64,000 nucleotides of DNA from an uncultured bacterium (GCA_963716985.1 OY970323.1:1888001-1952000); one strand, 5' to 3'. Positions 48,317-59,239 are shown, counted from the stretch's first letter. The notes: generated from the letters alone by a model not told the origin. Numbers and translations: made by a program.

Positions 48317-51300
48317 GTGAAAAAGATCTTCTTTTTCTTAATGGGGATTTTTCCAATCTTTACCTTTTCCGCCGTCTCTTCCACCTGGTCCGACACAACG
48401 GGAAGCTGGTCGATTCCGGCGAATTGGACTCCGCCTTCAGTCCCCCAGAGCACGGGAGACACGGCCGCATTCCCTGTTTCCGTAGCACTTCAAACCATTA
48501 CCGTAGATATTCCGCTGTCCATCGGAACTTTCAATGTAAATGACGGCTACAACTTTTCGTTTGGGGGCAGCGGCTCTTTTAATTTTAACACTCTGCCGAG
48601 CTCCACCATAACCATCAATACAGTCAATAATAGCGCATCATTTGCCAGTAATCTTCCCATCCAAATATCTGCCTTAACACAATTCACTATATCCACGAGC
48701 AACCTTTCTTATTCCACTCAGATTGCAGGCAGTATTACTGGCGGAGCGACACTCAGCTCTATGATAAGCAATGGCACAGGATCGCTCACTATGAGTGGAA
48801 TGATCTCCAATGGAGTAGGAGCTTTGAGTATTACCCAAAGTGGCACAGGAACGCTCACCTTATCAAATAATAATACTTTTTCGGGCGGAACAACCGTGAG
48901 TGCGGGAAAGCTTGTGATTGGAAATGCAAGCAGTCTTGGCACCGGCACTTTTACCATAAATGGAGGAACTTTTGACCTGAATGGTTTGCAACCGGTACTT
49001 CGTAATCTTACCGGTTCGGGAGGCACGATTAATTCTAGCGTTGCAGGGGCCATATTGAATATAAATAATAGTACTCCTACAAGCTATTCCGGAACGATCA
49101 CAAGTGACCTATCCCTTGTTTTGCAAGCAGGTATTCTTACTCTTTCCGGATCTAATAGCTATACAGGAAGCACCACGATCACAGCAGGAACACTAAAGGA
49201 TGGGACGGACAATGCTGTCAGCACAGGATCTGCCCTTATCATGAACAATGGAACGCTTGACCTGAATGGGCATAATCAGACATTTTCCTCACTTTCAGGG
49301 CCCGCCGGCAATATTACTTCCTCTTCGCCGGGCGTCTGCACATTGACAATCAACGGACCTGCTGTCACAAATTATTCCGGAACGATCACAAATGGATCGG
49401 GCACGATCGCTCTGATAAAAAATGGCACCGGAACACAGACTCTTTCCGGATCTAATAGCTATACCGGAAGCACTACGATCATAGCGGGAACACTACAGGA
49501 CGGGGCAGACAATGCTGTCAGCACAGGATCTCTTATCATGAACAATGGAACGCTTGACCTGAATGGGCATAATCAGACGTTTTCCTCACTTTCAGGGCCC
49601 GCCGGCAATATTACTTCCTCTTCGCCGGGCGTCTGCACATTGACAATCAACGGACCTGCTGTCACAAATTATGCCGGAACGATCACAAATGGATCGGGCA
49701 CGATCGCTCTGATAAAAAATGGCACCGGAACACAGACTCTTTCCGGCGTAAATTCGATAGGAACGGCACTAGTGGCAGGCGGCTTTCTTGTCATCAACAA
49801 TTCGTTTACCTGCCCTGGCGGTCTTACGGTGAATGCCGGCAGTACGCTTAAAGGCTCTGGCCCTATCATTGCAGGCATTGGACTCAGCGGCGTGAATATC
49901 AGCGGCATTCTTGCTCCGGGGAACAGTATAGGAACCATAAATATTACAGGAGACTTAACTTTTAACTCGGGATCCGAGCTCCAAAATGAAATCAATCCCA
50001 CAACAAGTGATCAGGTCAACGTTTCCGGAAACTTGACCATCAATCCAAACTCTTCTTTGGTTATTGTCGCAGATTCCGGCTTTTACTCTTCCACCACCTA
50101 TCTGATTGCAACAGCAAATTCTCTTTCAGGAACTTTTTCTACGGTGACGCTTCCTTCTTTTGTTCTGGCAGCCCCTCTCTTTTTTCATATGAATCTCATC
50201 TATTCCTCAAATCAAATTTTATTAAATTTGCAGCGGACCCCATTCGCAGATTTTTTCCCTAGCGGAAATGCCGGAGCTGTTGCCAGCTGTTTAGATAGTC
50301 TAGCTCCAACCGCAACAGATGATTTGGCCGACGTGATCAATTCTATTCTTTCGCTCAACACCATCGATCAAGTGGGACAAGCTCTGTTTCAGCTACAACC
50401 GTCTCTATTTACCGCCCTTGCTGTGGTCCAGGAAAATAACACGATTTTTATGCGCAATATCCTTTCCCATCACATGGAGGATTTTTTTCGCTGCTGCAAC
50501 AAAAAGGAAGGGATCACTCTTTGGGTAACACCCCTAGGAGCTTCCGTCCAACAAAAACGACATAAGCAAGAGGCTGGTTATTGTGCGAATACAGCAGGAT
50601 TTTTTTTGGGATTCGACAACTATTTCAACGAAGCCTCCTCTGCCGGTATTGGAATTGGTTATGATAGGAACCATTTGCATTGGCACCAAAAAGGAAGTTT
50701 TGCCGATACCGACTCCGTCTATTTTACTCTTTATGGGCAATGGGGAGTACCTCATGCTTATCTAGAGGGAGGAATGATTGGCGGATATAACTCTTATAAA
50801 ACGAATCGTCATATCCAATTTGGACCCAACATTGATCGACATGCGAAAGGAGATCACGCGGGTGCTGAAGGAGCCGGTTATCTGCAATTGGGAGTCATAA
50901 TCACAAATAGTTCTCGTTGGTTTCTTTGCCCCTTTGCTACTGTCGATTATTTGTATATTCGCGAGTTTGTGTTTAAAGAAAAAGGAGCCCAAAGCCTGAA
51001 TTTGCATATCGATGAAAAAAGTTCCGACCTTTTATCAACTGAGGGAGGATTGGATTTTAGGTATTGCGCCCAAAAGAATCACCATGCATTCAAACCCTAT
51101 CTACAGCTCAGCATCATTCGAGAAAATCGTTTCTTCGGAGAGCATGAAGATGCCCGGCTTTACGACTCCTGTCCTATGAATATTACCGGATATTATCCTT
51201 CTAGAACCTTAAGAGGAGTTTCTCTCGGGATGAATTGGACAGCTCCTCGGGGAGAGATCACTTTTTCCTATCAAGGAGCATTTCATTCTCATTACAAAAA

Positions 51301-51382
51301 CAACTCAGTCTATTTAGAGTTCACGCTCTATGGTCCCAAATATCAACCTCCACAAAGAAGCCATTACTACCGCAATCGCTAA
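48317..51382 (+). CDS. Autotransporter with passenger-associated beta-strand repeats
   Basis: Signal peptide, GTGTLTLS.NN.FSGGTTV-type repeats, G.LAPGNSIG, C-terminal beta-barrel; GTG start inferred. Confidence 0.9.
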   Translation: MKKIFFFLMGIFPIFTFSAVSSTWSDTTGSWSIPANWTPPSVPQSTGDTAAFPVSVALQTITVDIPLSIGTFNVNDGYNFSFGGSGSFNFNTLPSSTITINTVNNSASFASNLPIQISALTQFTISTSNLSYSTQIAGSITGGATLSSMISNGTGSLTMSGMISNGVGALSITQSGTGTLTLSNNNTFSGGTTVSAGKLVIGNASSLGTGTFTINGGTFDLNGLQPVLRNLTGSGGTINSSVAGAILNINNSTPTSYSGTITSDLSLVLQAGILTLSGSNSYTGSTTITAGTLKDGTDNAVSTGSALIMNNGTLDLNGHNQTFSSLSGPAGNITSSSPGVCTLTINGPAVTNYSGTITNGSGTIALIKNGTGTQTLSGSNSYTGSTTIIAGTLQDGADNAVSTGSLIMNNGTLDLNGHNQTFSSLSGPAGNITSSSPGVCTLTINGPAVTNYAGTITNGSGTIALIKNGTGTQTLSGVNSIGTALVAGGFLVINNSFTCPGGLTVNAGSTLKGSGPIIAGIGLSGVNISGILAPGNSIGTINITGDLTFNSGSELQNEINPTTSDQVNVSGNLTINPNSSLVIVADSGFYSSTTYLIATANSLSGTFSTVTLPSFVLAAPLFFHMNLIYSSNQILLNLQRTPFADFFPSGNAGAVASCLDSLAPTATDDLADVINSILSLNTIDQVGQALFQLQPSLFTALAVVQENNTIFMRNILSHHMEDFFRCCNKKEGITLWVTPLGASVQQKRHKQEAGYCANTAGFFLGFDNYFNEASSAGIGIGYDRNHLHWHQKGSFADTDSVYFTLYGQWGVPHAYLEGGMIGGYNSYKTNRHIQFGPNIDRHAKGDHAGAEGAGYLQLGVIITNSSRWFLCPFATVDYLYIREFVFKEKGAQSLNLHIDEKSSDLLSTEGGLDFRYCAQKNHHAFKPYLQLSIIRENRFFGEHEDARLYDSCPMNITGYYPSRTLRGVSLGMNWTAPRGEITFSYQGAFHSHYKNNSVYLEFTLYGPKYQPPQRSHYYRNR
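49141..49746 (+). repeat. About 300-bp tandem repeat inside the autotransporter passenger
   Basis: TCTTTCCGGATCTAATAGCTAT at 49141 and 49441; the second unit lacks one codon. Confidence 0.93.
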
Positions 51383-52465
51383 AAATTGCATCGGTCCTTG
51401 GACGCATTCAAAAGTTTTGACTGGCAAATATTCCAATAAAAAATAAAATTTACTGTTTTCAAATTGTCAATGGAGTTCACATATGGATCATCAAGAGGAC
51501 GCTCTGACACTACCTAATGATTTTTCGATTTGAACTGTTTCCATTTTGGAAACAGTTGCCTCTTGACTTACAGAACAAGTGAAAGAGCCCAACGATGCTT
51601 GACTTAAAGAATCCAGGAGAATGGGGGCGACTGGACGAATTCAAAACTGTTGACTGGGTAAAGTTAAAAAAAACTTATGGTTGTTTTTTCCAATCCAGCA
51701 ATAATTCATTTTCTTTAACGTGTTCCAGACCCACCTGAAGCTTTATATTGCCTCGAGTAGCATCCCATTGCAAAGTCGACAAAACAGTCTCGGCAAGAGG
51801 GCGAAATATCAACCCTGCTTCAATAGCTTTTTGAGAGCTGATGCTAAAAAAACCAGGCATCTGATCTTTGTTAGAAATCCAGAGAGGTAATTCAACCCAA
51901 CTCTTTACACCTTTTTTTAGCAAAAAATCATCACTCACCCAAATGATATGGGCTTTATGACGACTTGCTTTTTCACATTCTTGGAGCAAACATTCCAAAC
52001 TTATAGGTGCGCCTGTGGCATTGTAGATACCCGTTGATCTCTTTTCTACCATCCGAACAATCCACTTTGAAAGATCGCGCACATCGATAAATTGCACTAA
52101 TTGATTAGCCGGAGCCAACACTTCGCCCCCTTCTGCAATGCGTCTTACCCAGTAAGTGAAACGATCAGTCGGATCGTAAGGACCTACAATGAGACCTGGT
52201 CTTATGATCAACGATTTTTTAGGAAAGTAACGGTGAATAACGGCTTCGCATGCTCCTTTTAGTGGACCATAAGTCTTGTCTGTGATTATCTCATTTTTAG
52301 GATCTTCTAAGTCGGCGAGAGGATAATTTTCATCAATATCGCATTCAGAGAAGTCTTTATAAACACTGATTGACGAAATGAATACGTATGAGTTAACAGA
52401 ATCGGATAAAATTTTGGCAGACTTTTCAACAATCCGAGGAAGATAACCAGATGTGTCGATCACAG

Positions 52466-54431
52466 GGCTATTCGTTTAATTTCGTCCAGTTGGTAGCTTA
52501 AGCCGCCTGCTTTTCCATGCCATTTTTTGCCCGTCTCTTGTGATTTTTTCTGGGTCTCGGCAATTCCACCTTATCTAATAACCATGTGAACAGATCTCGA
52601 GGTTTTTGTTCGAAAAACCTTTCTGCCGCAGTAGTGCCATCCGCTCGTCGTATAAAAAAATTGTGCAACACTGTTAAGACCGTGAGTGTATGTGCAGTCA
52701 ATCGCCGAAATGCATGGAATTTTAATGACAACTGGCCATTTCTACCCTCCACACATGAGCTCGATCGTTGAAAAATTTGGGCGCATTCCAAGGCTCTACG
52801 CCACCATTCTACCTGCATAGAGCAATTTATTCCGCCCCATAACAGATTCTGTTTGAGGCCTTCTTCCAATTTGCGTAAAGTTGTCTTTATCGCTTCTTTT
52901 CGGACCTTCTTTTTAGTTCTTTGCAAACAGAGCTTTAAGTACTCTATCGCAACAAGCTTCTCGAATAACTGCCCATGCCACTCATCTAGTCCCATAGACT
53001 TGATTTGGACTGCAAGGAAGGAAAAGAAAAAACACAGCACGGCAATCATAGAGAGCAGCGATCCCTTGGATTTTTCCAGTTTTTTCTTTTGCTTGTCTGT
53101 GCAATCAGCCTCTTTGGCTACAGTTTCAAGCGTCTCGTAGGCAGTCTCAATCTTCGCTTTAACCTCCTCTGGAGCCTGCTTATCTCCTGTATCTAAACTG
53201 AAGGGATGATAAGCATGAGTGATGGCTCGTCTTGCTTCCTGAGCCATTCTATACTGCTTTTCGGTTGCCTCTATTTTCTTGCGATTCGCTTTTTCCTCTT
53301 TTTCTATTTCAAGAAGCCGATTTCCCACATTTATCCCTCTCTTAGATAGCTCTTCAACCCCACCTGCACGTTTCAACTGATCTCCAAATTTATTCAACGC
53401 TTCAAGTTTTTCTTTTTGCAAATCCTCTTGTTGCTTCTTCACTTGCTGGACAGTTCTTGCCAAGTGGCTTGTAAGTCCCTTGGTGATCTCTTGTTGGACA
53501 TGAAAAAGATCCGAGCCCTTTATGACGTTCAGTGAATGGGTGGCAAGTTTTTTGAGTCCTGATGCCTCATCTCCCACTAACTGATATAAAGTGACATTCA
53601 ATCCCTTGAGAGCAGATTGCGTGACCTTATGCCAGGTCTCAGCATCTCTTTGTTCTTCAAGCTGCTCTGCTAAAATATAGCCAGAGATCGGCTCCATCAA
53701 GATGAGAGTCATATCATCCATTATAAAGTTTTCATCAAGAGCTCCTGGGATGTTTTTATGTGGCATTTGTTTTGCAAGCCTTTCGAACTCTTCCTTCCCA
53801 AATACTGCCACCTGTTGGCCGAGCGTCTTGCAAACCTTCTGCAATGCAGACTCAGAGGTCCCTACAAATGTGTTTATATCAACTCTTTCAAAAAAATCAT
53901 GGAGCTCTGGAATACCGCTATTTCCATTCAGATGGAAATGCATACAAGTGGCTAAAACCATATTATGCAACCAGGTTTGTCCGGAGGGAGATTCGAAAAA
54001 ATGTACGACAGCCGGATCTCGCCTTCCATTAAGTGCTTTCTTCCGATCGATCCAGTGTTGCAAGGAAGTTCTGGGAATGTTATATTTTTTAGCTAGATTG
54101 CGCTGAGATAGGCCTCTTGCTTCATCTATAACCTTAGCCTGCGTGGATCGACCGATGATGCAATATTTTCTGGGCTTTTTTGCTTCCGTTTGACATGCTG
54201 TTTCCATAAGGCTTGCTCTTTCTTTATTTTTTTGTCCAAAAAAATTTTACTGAGCAAGTCCTTTTTATTTAAATATTTAAATGTCAGTTTCTGGAGAAAT
54301 CAAGCTTGTGGGGAATCTCGGCAGAATCCTAGATAGCGTTCAACAGAAAAGAATCCCAAGAGACGGGCAAAAAATAGCATGGAAAAGCAAGCGGCTTAAG
54401 CTACCAACTGGACGAAATTAAACGAATAGCC
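52466..54431 (-). mobile_element. 1,966-bp insertion sequence with about 75-bp TIRs and 8-bp TSD GATCACAG
   Basis: TIR GGCTATTCGTTTAATTTCGTCCAGTTGGTAGCTTAAGCCGC...; TSD at 52458-52465 and 54432-54439. Confidence 0.96.
52498..54207 (-). CDS. DUF6399-like putative DDE transposase
   Basis: N-terminal HTH (SQRNLAKKYNIPRTSLQHW), LDENF, VGDEA, DLFHVQ, QRSSSCVEGRNG; sole ORF within the TIRs. Confidence 0.85.
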   Translation of the reverse strand: METACQTEAKKPRKYCIIGRSTQAKVIDEARGLSQRNLAKKYNIPRTSLQHWIDRKKALNGRRDPAVVHFFESPSGQTWLHNMVLATCMHFHLNGNSGIPELHDFFERVDINTFVGTSESALQKVCKTLGQQVAVFGKEEFERLAKQMPHKNIPGALDENFIMDDMTLILMEPISGYILAEQLEEQRDAETWHKVTQSALKGLNVTLYQLVGDEASGLKKLATHSLNVIKGSDLFHVQQEITKGLTSHLARTVQQVKKQQEDLQKEKLEALNKFGDQLKRAGGVEELSKRGINVGNRLLEIEKEEKANRKKIEATEKQYRMAQEARRAITHAYHPFSLDTGDKQAPEEVKAKIETAYETLETVAKEADCTDKQKKKLEKSKGSLLSMIAVLCFFFSFLAVQIKSMGLDEWHGQLFEKLVAIEYLKLCLQRTKKKVRKEAIKTTLRKLEEGLKQNLLWGGINCSMQVEWWRRALECAQIFQRSSSCVEGRNGQLSLKFHAFRRLTAHTLTVLTVLHNFFIRRADGTTAAERFFEQKPRDLFTWLLDKVELPRPRKNHKRRAKNGMEKQAA

Positions 54432-55669
54432 GATCACAGCGTCCCAATGACGTCCTAAAAGGGCTTGAAGATCGCTGTCACGATCGCCGCGGAGTTTTTC
54501 AACATCAGAAAATAAATCGAGATTATGAATTCCACGATTAAAAAGGGTGACTTCATGTCCTTGCTTTTGGAATTCTTCGGTTAAGTGAATTCCTAAAAAT
54601 CGCGTGCCTCCCAAGATCAAAATCTTTAAATTGTTTTTAAGATTGTTTTTAGATAAACATTGTTCTGTTTCTGCGTCGTTTAACCATTTTTTATTTTGTC
54701 TTAGATAATCAAACTGATATTTTATAACAAATTCATCTGGTTCTTTATAAAATCGTTTTGCACCGGTATATTGATAACCCCTAAAATCGATATTTTCATT
54801 CAAGGACTGCAATTCAGCCTTTACGCTATCCAGATTTTGAGGTACATCGTCGATGAAGACTATTTTAGAAGGATTGAATTTACGCCATTTTAAAAATGCT
54901 TTGAGAACTTCTCCTTTGGTGTATCCCCCTGAGAATAGAACACCCTCTTCATAGAGAGGCGCAGATTTTCCCGGTTTTGTAATTTCGTTGAAAGAGTGAC
55001 GTTCAACTTTTGGAAAAGAAAGTGAGAAGTCAATATTGACTGACTTTAAATGATCAATACGCCAGCGCTCAATTTTGGGAACAACACCAATTGTTCCGGA
55101 AGGCAAAGCGGTTAATGCAATGACCTTAACGTGCTTCTGCTGAAGATTTTTAATAAAAGAGGGAATTTCTTTTTCTATGAGCACACTTTTTGGCAGTACT
55201 AAACCTAAACTATATGCATTTTCGAGATCTTTTTTTTCTTCTTGAGTTATCGCCTTTTGCCTGGCTTGATCCAATAAAGGCATGACTATTTTGTCTGCAT
55301 TTTTATGAAAAACTTGATCTTCTTTCGTTATTAAAACCTCATCCACATCAAAAACAACTAAAGTTTGTTCGTTCAATTTTTCAAATTCACTCGCTAGTTC
55401 TTTAAAAGAAAAAACTTGAGCATAATTTGCATAGACAGGCGAAAAATCTAACAATAAAAGGGAAAATACACACAAAACTGCTATCAAGATTTTTTTTATC
55501 ACAAAACACCTATCCATCCATGTGTCGATCAAGCATTATCTTACAAAAAAAAGCACCTAATCAAGAAAAAAACCAAGAGGAAGCGATTTGATCTCAAAAC
55601 CATTACTCTTTCTGAATTCGAGTCACAAACGGAAGGCAAGCAGTTGGCTTTCTCCATCCACAAAAAAAC

Positions 55670-55784
55670 GCAACTGCTCATAAAGTTGAGGCGTAAACTT
55701 TTTTTGAACGCTTCCGTCCTCTATGGATAAACCGTTGCTTAAAGCCCAAAAATTGGGATTTACCTCAACTTTATGAGCAGTTGC
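55670..55784. mobile_element. Second copy of the 115-bp MITE, 8-bp TSD AAAAAAAC
   Basis: Matches 23929-24043; TSD at 55662-55669 and 55785-55792. Confidence 0.95.
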
Positions 55785-55817
55785 AAAAAAACCCCGCGTT
55801 TGCGGGGTGGTTTTTTG
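55785..55817. terminator. Terminator-like hairpin
   Basis: AAAAAAACCCCGC-GTTT-GCGGGGTGGTTTTTT. Confidence 0.55.
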
Positions 55818-55906
55818 GAGGCGGTTGGGCGAATTCATAACTTTTCGATGGGAAGATTTCGGAAAAGCTCTTATAATTGTTTTGTTTATGGAAAGGATGT
55901 AAGAAG

Positions 55907-56167
55907 TTGCCGACAATTTCTGAATTCTTTGGAATCTTGATTCTTATGTATTACAATGACCACATTCCTCCCCATTTTCATGCTCGATATGGAGACTATG
56001 AAGCTCTTGTTCAAATCTCCCCCCTTGCCTTGGTAAAAGGGAATCTGCCTCCAAGAGCTCTAAGCCTAGTAATAGAATGGGCTAAAATTCATCAAAAAGA
56101 ATTGCAAGAAGATTGGAATTATGCCGCAAACAACAAAAAACTTCAAAAAATTCCCCCTCTCGATTAA
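55907..56167 (+). CDS. DUF4160-family protein
   Basis: (M)PTISEFFGI.I.MYYNDH.PPHFHA.YG. Confidence 0.85.
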   Translation: MPTISEFFGILILMYYNDHIPPHFHARYGDYEALVQISPLALVKGNLPPRALSLVIEWAKIHQKELQEDWNYAANNKKLQKIPPLD

Positions 56168-56177
56168 ATGGGAAAGT

Positions 56178-56438
56178 ATGAAGTTTAATAGATCAAAGAT
56201 AGTAGCTTGCGAACCGCGACCCAATTATCACGTTTGGATTCGTTTCGATGATGGATTGGAAGGAGAGGTCGATTTGAATCATCTTGTCGGCAAAGGCGTG
56301 TTCAAAGCCTGGAAATCCGTAGAATTTTTTAACCAAGTGCATGTCGATCCCAAAACTGACACTCTGACCTGGGGAAATGATCTTGACCTAGATCCTTATG
56401 TTTTGCGAGAAAAATTAGTTGAAAAGGGCCGTAAGTGA
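56178..56438 (+). CDS. DUF2442-family protein (partner of DUF4160, TA-like pair)
   Basis: RFDDG..GEVDL...GVF...TLTW.NDLDLDP. Confidence 0.85.
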   Translation: MKFNRSKIVACEPRPNYHVWIRFDDGLEGEVDLNHLVGKGVFKAWKSVEFFNQVHVDPKTDTLTWGNDLDLDPYVLREKLVEKGRK

Positions 56439-56716
56439 GTATTTACAACCGATTGTCGTTCCCTTCAAATTGTCGTTTTTGATTGTTCCGAGAATCTATT
56501 TACTTGTTCGAATGCTACGAGGCCCCTCTTTCGATAATTTTTATCTTTGACGATAGAACAAGCTTCTCCTAACCATTTCCGAAAATTTTTCCAATCCTCA
56601 ATCCTGCCCAACACCTATCAATCTATTATCAAATACCTTCATACAAGCAGCTCGCAGAGCCCTTTCGCTTAAGAAATACTTTTTTCAAAAAACTCTCTTC
56701 TCCAGCAGCAAAGCTT

Positions 56717-58237
56717 TTATTCTTTGTGCATCGCTTTTTTGAAAACTTTGGGCAGATTTTCGATCAGATCGGAGGCGATCACGGAATAAGATCCCTTTTC
56801 CAGGGCAGCCACCTCTCCACACAATCCGTGAAGATAGACTCCTAAAAGTGCCGCTTTGTAAGGAGAAAGTTTTTGCGCACATAGAGCTGCGATGATCCCC
56901 GTCAACACATCTCCCGATCCGGCAGTTGCCATAGCGGGATCGCCGCGCATCGAAATCAAGGGCTTTTCGTGCGGGTGAAAAATAAAGGTAGGGGCACCTT
57001 TCAAAACAAGGATGATTTCTTTTTCTTCTGCATATTTTTGACAGGATGCAAGAAAGGCCAGATCTCTCTTTTCTTTCTTTTTGCCCAAAAGACGCTCCAT
57101 CTCCTGATGGTGGGGAGTCAATATGCTCTTTTTGGGCAAAGAGAGGTGCGGATGGTGGGAAAGAACAAAGAGAGCGTCCGCATCCAGAACACAGGGACCG
57201 AGTAGATCGGGTAAAAGAGTCGTCACCAGATGATCGATTGAGGCATTTCTGCCAAGGCCCGGGCCGAGATAGATAGCGGCAGCTTTTTGGCACTCCTCTT
57301 TCAGCTCTTTCAAGTCGCTGCTTTTCCAAAACTTTTTGACCAGCTCATCGGGAAAAGAAGAGCTTTCGACAAGCACATCGTGAGGAAGAAAAAGTTTTAC
57401 GATGCCCGCTCCCGATCGAAGGCATGCAAGAGCGCTTAGTTTGGCAGCTCCCTCCATCCCCAATGAGCCGGCAACCGCAACAACCGATCCCCGCTCATAT
57501 TTATTCGAGCTTCTTTCGATTTTGGGCAGATCTTTTGCAAGGGAACATTCATCGACAAGAAAAAAAGTCTCTGTGGCTTTTTCGAGAAATTCTTGAGGCA
57601 GTCCAATATCTTCTACAAAAAGCTTGCCGACATGATCCCATCCCTCATTGATAAAAAAACCCACCTTAGGAAGCGTAAAGGTAATCGTTAGATCCGCATC
57701 AATGGCCACGGGTTTCGCACATCCGCTATTGCCGTCGAGTCCGGAAGGAATGTCGATAGAAATTTTGGGAAGAGAGGATCGATTGGCCTTTTCGATCATG
57801 GCTCTGATCACACCTGACACCTCTCCCTTAAAACCGGTGCCTAAAAGCGCATCGACGATGAGGCCTTTTTCCGGAAAAAACAGATCCTCTTCTCGATGAA
57901 TTTCCAGAATTGTACCACCCATTTTGAGGAAATGATTGGCCTCTTTTTGACAAAGGGCAGAGGCAGAAAAAAGATCAGAGGCAAGATACGCTTGGACGGA
58001 AAATCCCTGCTTTAAAAGATGCTGCGCTACTACAAACCCATCGGCGCCATTATTTCCTTTGCCGGCAAGGAGCGTGATCTGTTTTTCGAAAGAAGTGGAA
58101 GAAAAAAACTGCAAGATGCGAGATGCGCTTTTTTTTCCGGCCTCCTTCATAAGGTCTTCTTCTTTGACCTTTTGAGAAAAAGCCAAAGATTCCACACGCC
58201 TCATCTCATCAGAAGAGAGTACTTTGAGTCCTTTCAT
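56717..58237 (-). CDS. nnr: Bifunctional NAD(P)H-hydrate epimerase/dehydratase
   Basis: GKGNNGADG, DALLGTG, DIPSG, GPGLG, LDADAL, ATAGSGDVL. Confidence 0.95.
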   Translation of the reverse strand: MKGLKVLSSDEMRRVESLAFSQKVKEEDLMKEAGKKSASRILQFFSSTSFEKQITLLAGKGNNGADGFVVAQHLLKQGFSVQAYLASDLFSASALCQKEANHFLKMGGTILEIHREEDLFFPEKGLIVDALLGTGFKGEVSGVIRAMIEKANRSSLPKISIDIPSGLDGNSGCAKPVAIDADLTITFTLPKVGFFINEGWDHVGKLFVEDIGLPQEFLEKATETFFLVDECSLAKDLPKIERSSNKYERGSVVAVAGSLGMEGAAKLSALACLRSGAGIVKLFLPHDVLVESSSFPDELVKKFWKSSDLKELKEECQKAAAIYLGPGLGRNASIDHLVTTLLPDLLGPCVLDADALFVLSHHPHLSLPKKSILTPHHQEMERLLGKKKEKRDLAFLASCQKYAEEKEIILVLKGAPTFIFHPHEKPLISMRGDPAMATAGSGDVLTGIIAALCAQKLSPYKAALLGVYLHGLCGEVAALEKGSYSVIASDLIENLPKVFKKAMHKE

Positions 58238-58240
58238 CGC

Positions 58241-59239
58241 TTAAAGATGTTCTTCCTTAATGGTCCTTTGCAACAGGGACTCTACGGCCTCTTTGGGCAG
58301 CATGCCATGATAAAGCATGGCATAGGTCGCATCGGTAATTGGAAGCGAAATCCCATGCTTTTTCCCAAGCTCGTAGGCGGAAACGACCGTATAAGCCCCT
58401 TCCACCACCATACCAATTTTTTCTTTTGCAGCAACTAAACTATATCCTTGTGCAATGAGATGGCCAAAACGATTATTGCGGCTCAGCTGGGAGGCGCAGG
58501 TGACAAAAAGATCTCCAAGGCCGGCAAGGCCGTTCAAAGTTTCAGGCTGGCAATTTTTGGCCACCGAAAGCTTGCGCATTTCGTGAAGACCTCGAGTCAT
58601 TAAGGCAGCTTTTGCGTTATCTCCAAAATGCAGAGCCTCGGAGATGCCGCACGCAATTGCAACGACGTTCTTCATCGCTCCGCCAAAACATATGCCGAGT
58701 ATATCGCTATTGGGATAGATGCGGAAATGGGGAGCTGCGAACATCTGCTGTACTTTGTGCATCAGCAAAGGGTCATAGGACGAGCAGACCACAGAGGTCG
58801 GAAGCCCTTGAATCACCTCTTCCGCGTGGCTGGGGCCGCTGATGCAGGCAATCAATGAACGATTTTCAAAGCCGAAAATCTCAAGCGCGATCTCGGGGAG
58901 CAGAAGCCCGGTGTTTTGTTCGATTCCCTTAGAAGTAAGAACGAGAGGGCATAAATTTTTTCTTAAAGCAACCACCTGGTTTAAAACAGTGCGGATGCTT
59001 CCGGCAGTGACGCTTTCAATGAGAATCTCTGCGTCTGCAATTGCGTCTTCGATCGAATCTACGTAGCGTATCTTCTTCGAAAGAGTTCTTCCTTTCAATT
59101 TGGGATGTTCTCTCTTCTCATCCAATAGACGGATCAGTTCCGGATTATAATCCCAGACAACGACCTCATGGCCATTTTGGGCCAAAAGCTGCGCTAGCGC
59201 CGTTCCCCATGTTCCGGCTCCCAAATATCCGATCTTCAT
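58241..59239 (-). CDS. gpsA: NAD(P)H-dependent glycerol-3-phosphate dehydrogenase
   Basis: GAGTWGTALA, SKGIE, SGPSHAEEV, KNVVAIACG, GLGDL.VTC, SRN. Confidence 0.96.
   Translation of the reverse strand: MKIGYLGAGTWGTALAQLLAQNGHEVVVWDYNPELIRLLDEKREHPKLKGRTLSKKIRYVDSIEDAIADAEILIESVTAGSIRTVLNQVVALRKNLCPLVLTSKGIEQNTGLLLPEIALEIFGFENRSLIACISGPSHAEEVIQGLPTSVVCSSYDPLLMHKVQQMFAAPHFRIYPNSDILGICFGGAMKNVVAIACGISEALHFGDNAKAALMTRGLHEMRKLSVAKNCQPETLNGLAGLGDLFVTCASQLSRNNRFGHLIAQGYSLVAAKEKIGMVVEGAYTVVSAYELGKKHGISLPITDATYAMLYHGMLPKEAVESLLQRTIKEEHL

Larger units (their letters stand above)
51675..55502 (-). pseudogene. DUF2608-like HAD domain fused to an NAD-dependent epimerase/SDR, interrupted by an IS
   Basis: N-part: signal peptide, VVFDVDEVL, FIDD, then KILILGGTRFLG...WDAVI; C-part continues DTSGYLPR after IS removal. 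Confidence 0.85.

Noticed and set aside
51532..51557. Palindrome AACTGTTTCCATTTTGGAAACAGTT
   Set aside because: A single hairpin between convergent genes with no other copies; likely terminator-like and not interpretable further.
55623..55916. ORFs 55623-55916 and 23867-24148 sharing a peptide
   Set aside because: The shared peptide is just the translated 115-bp MITE.
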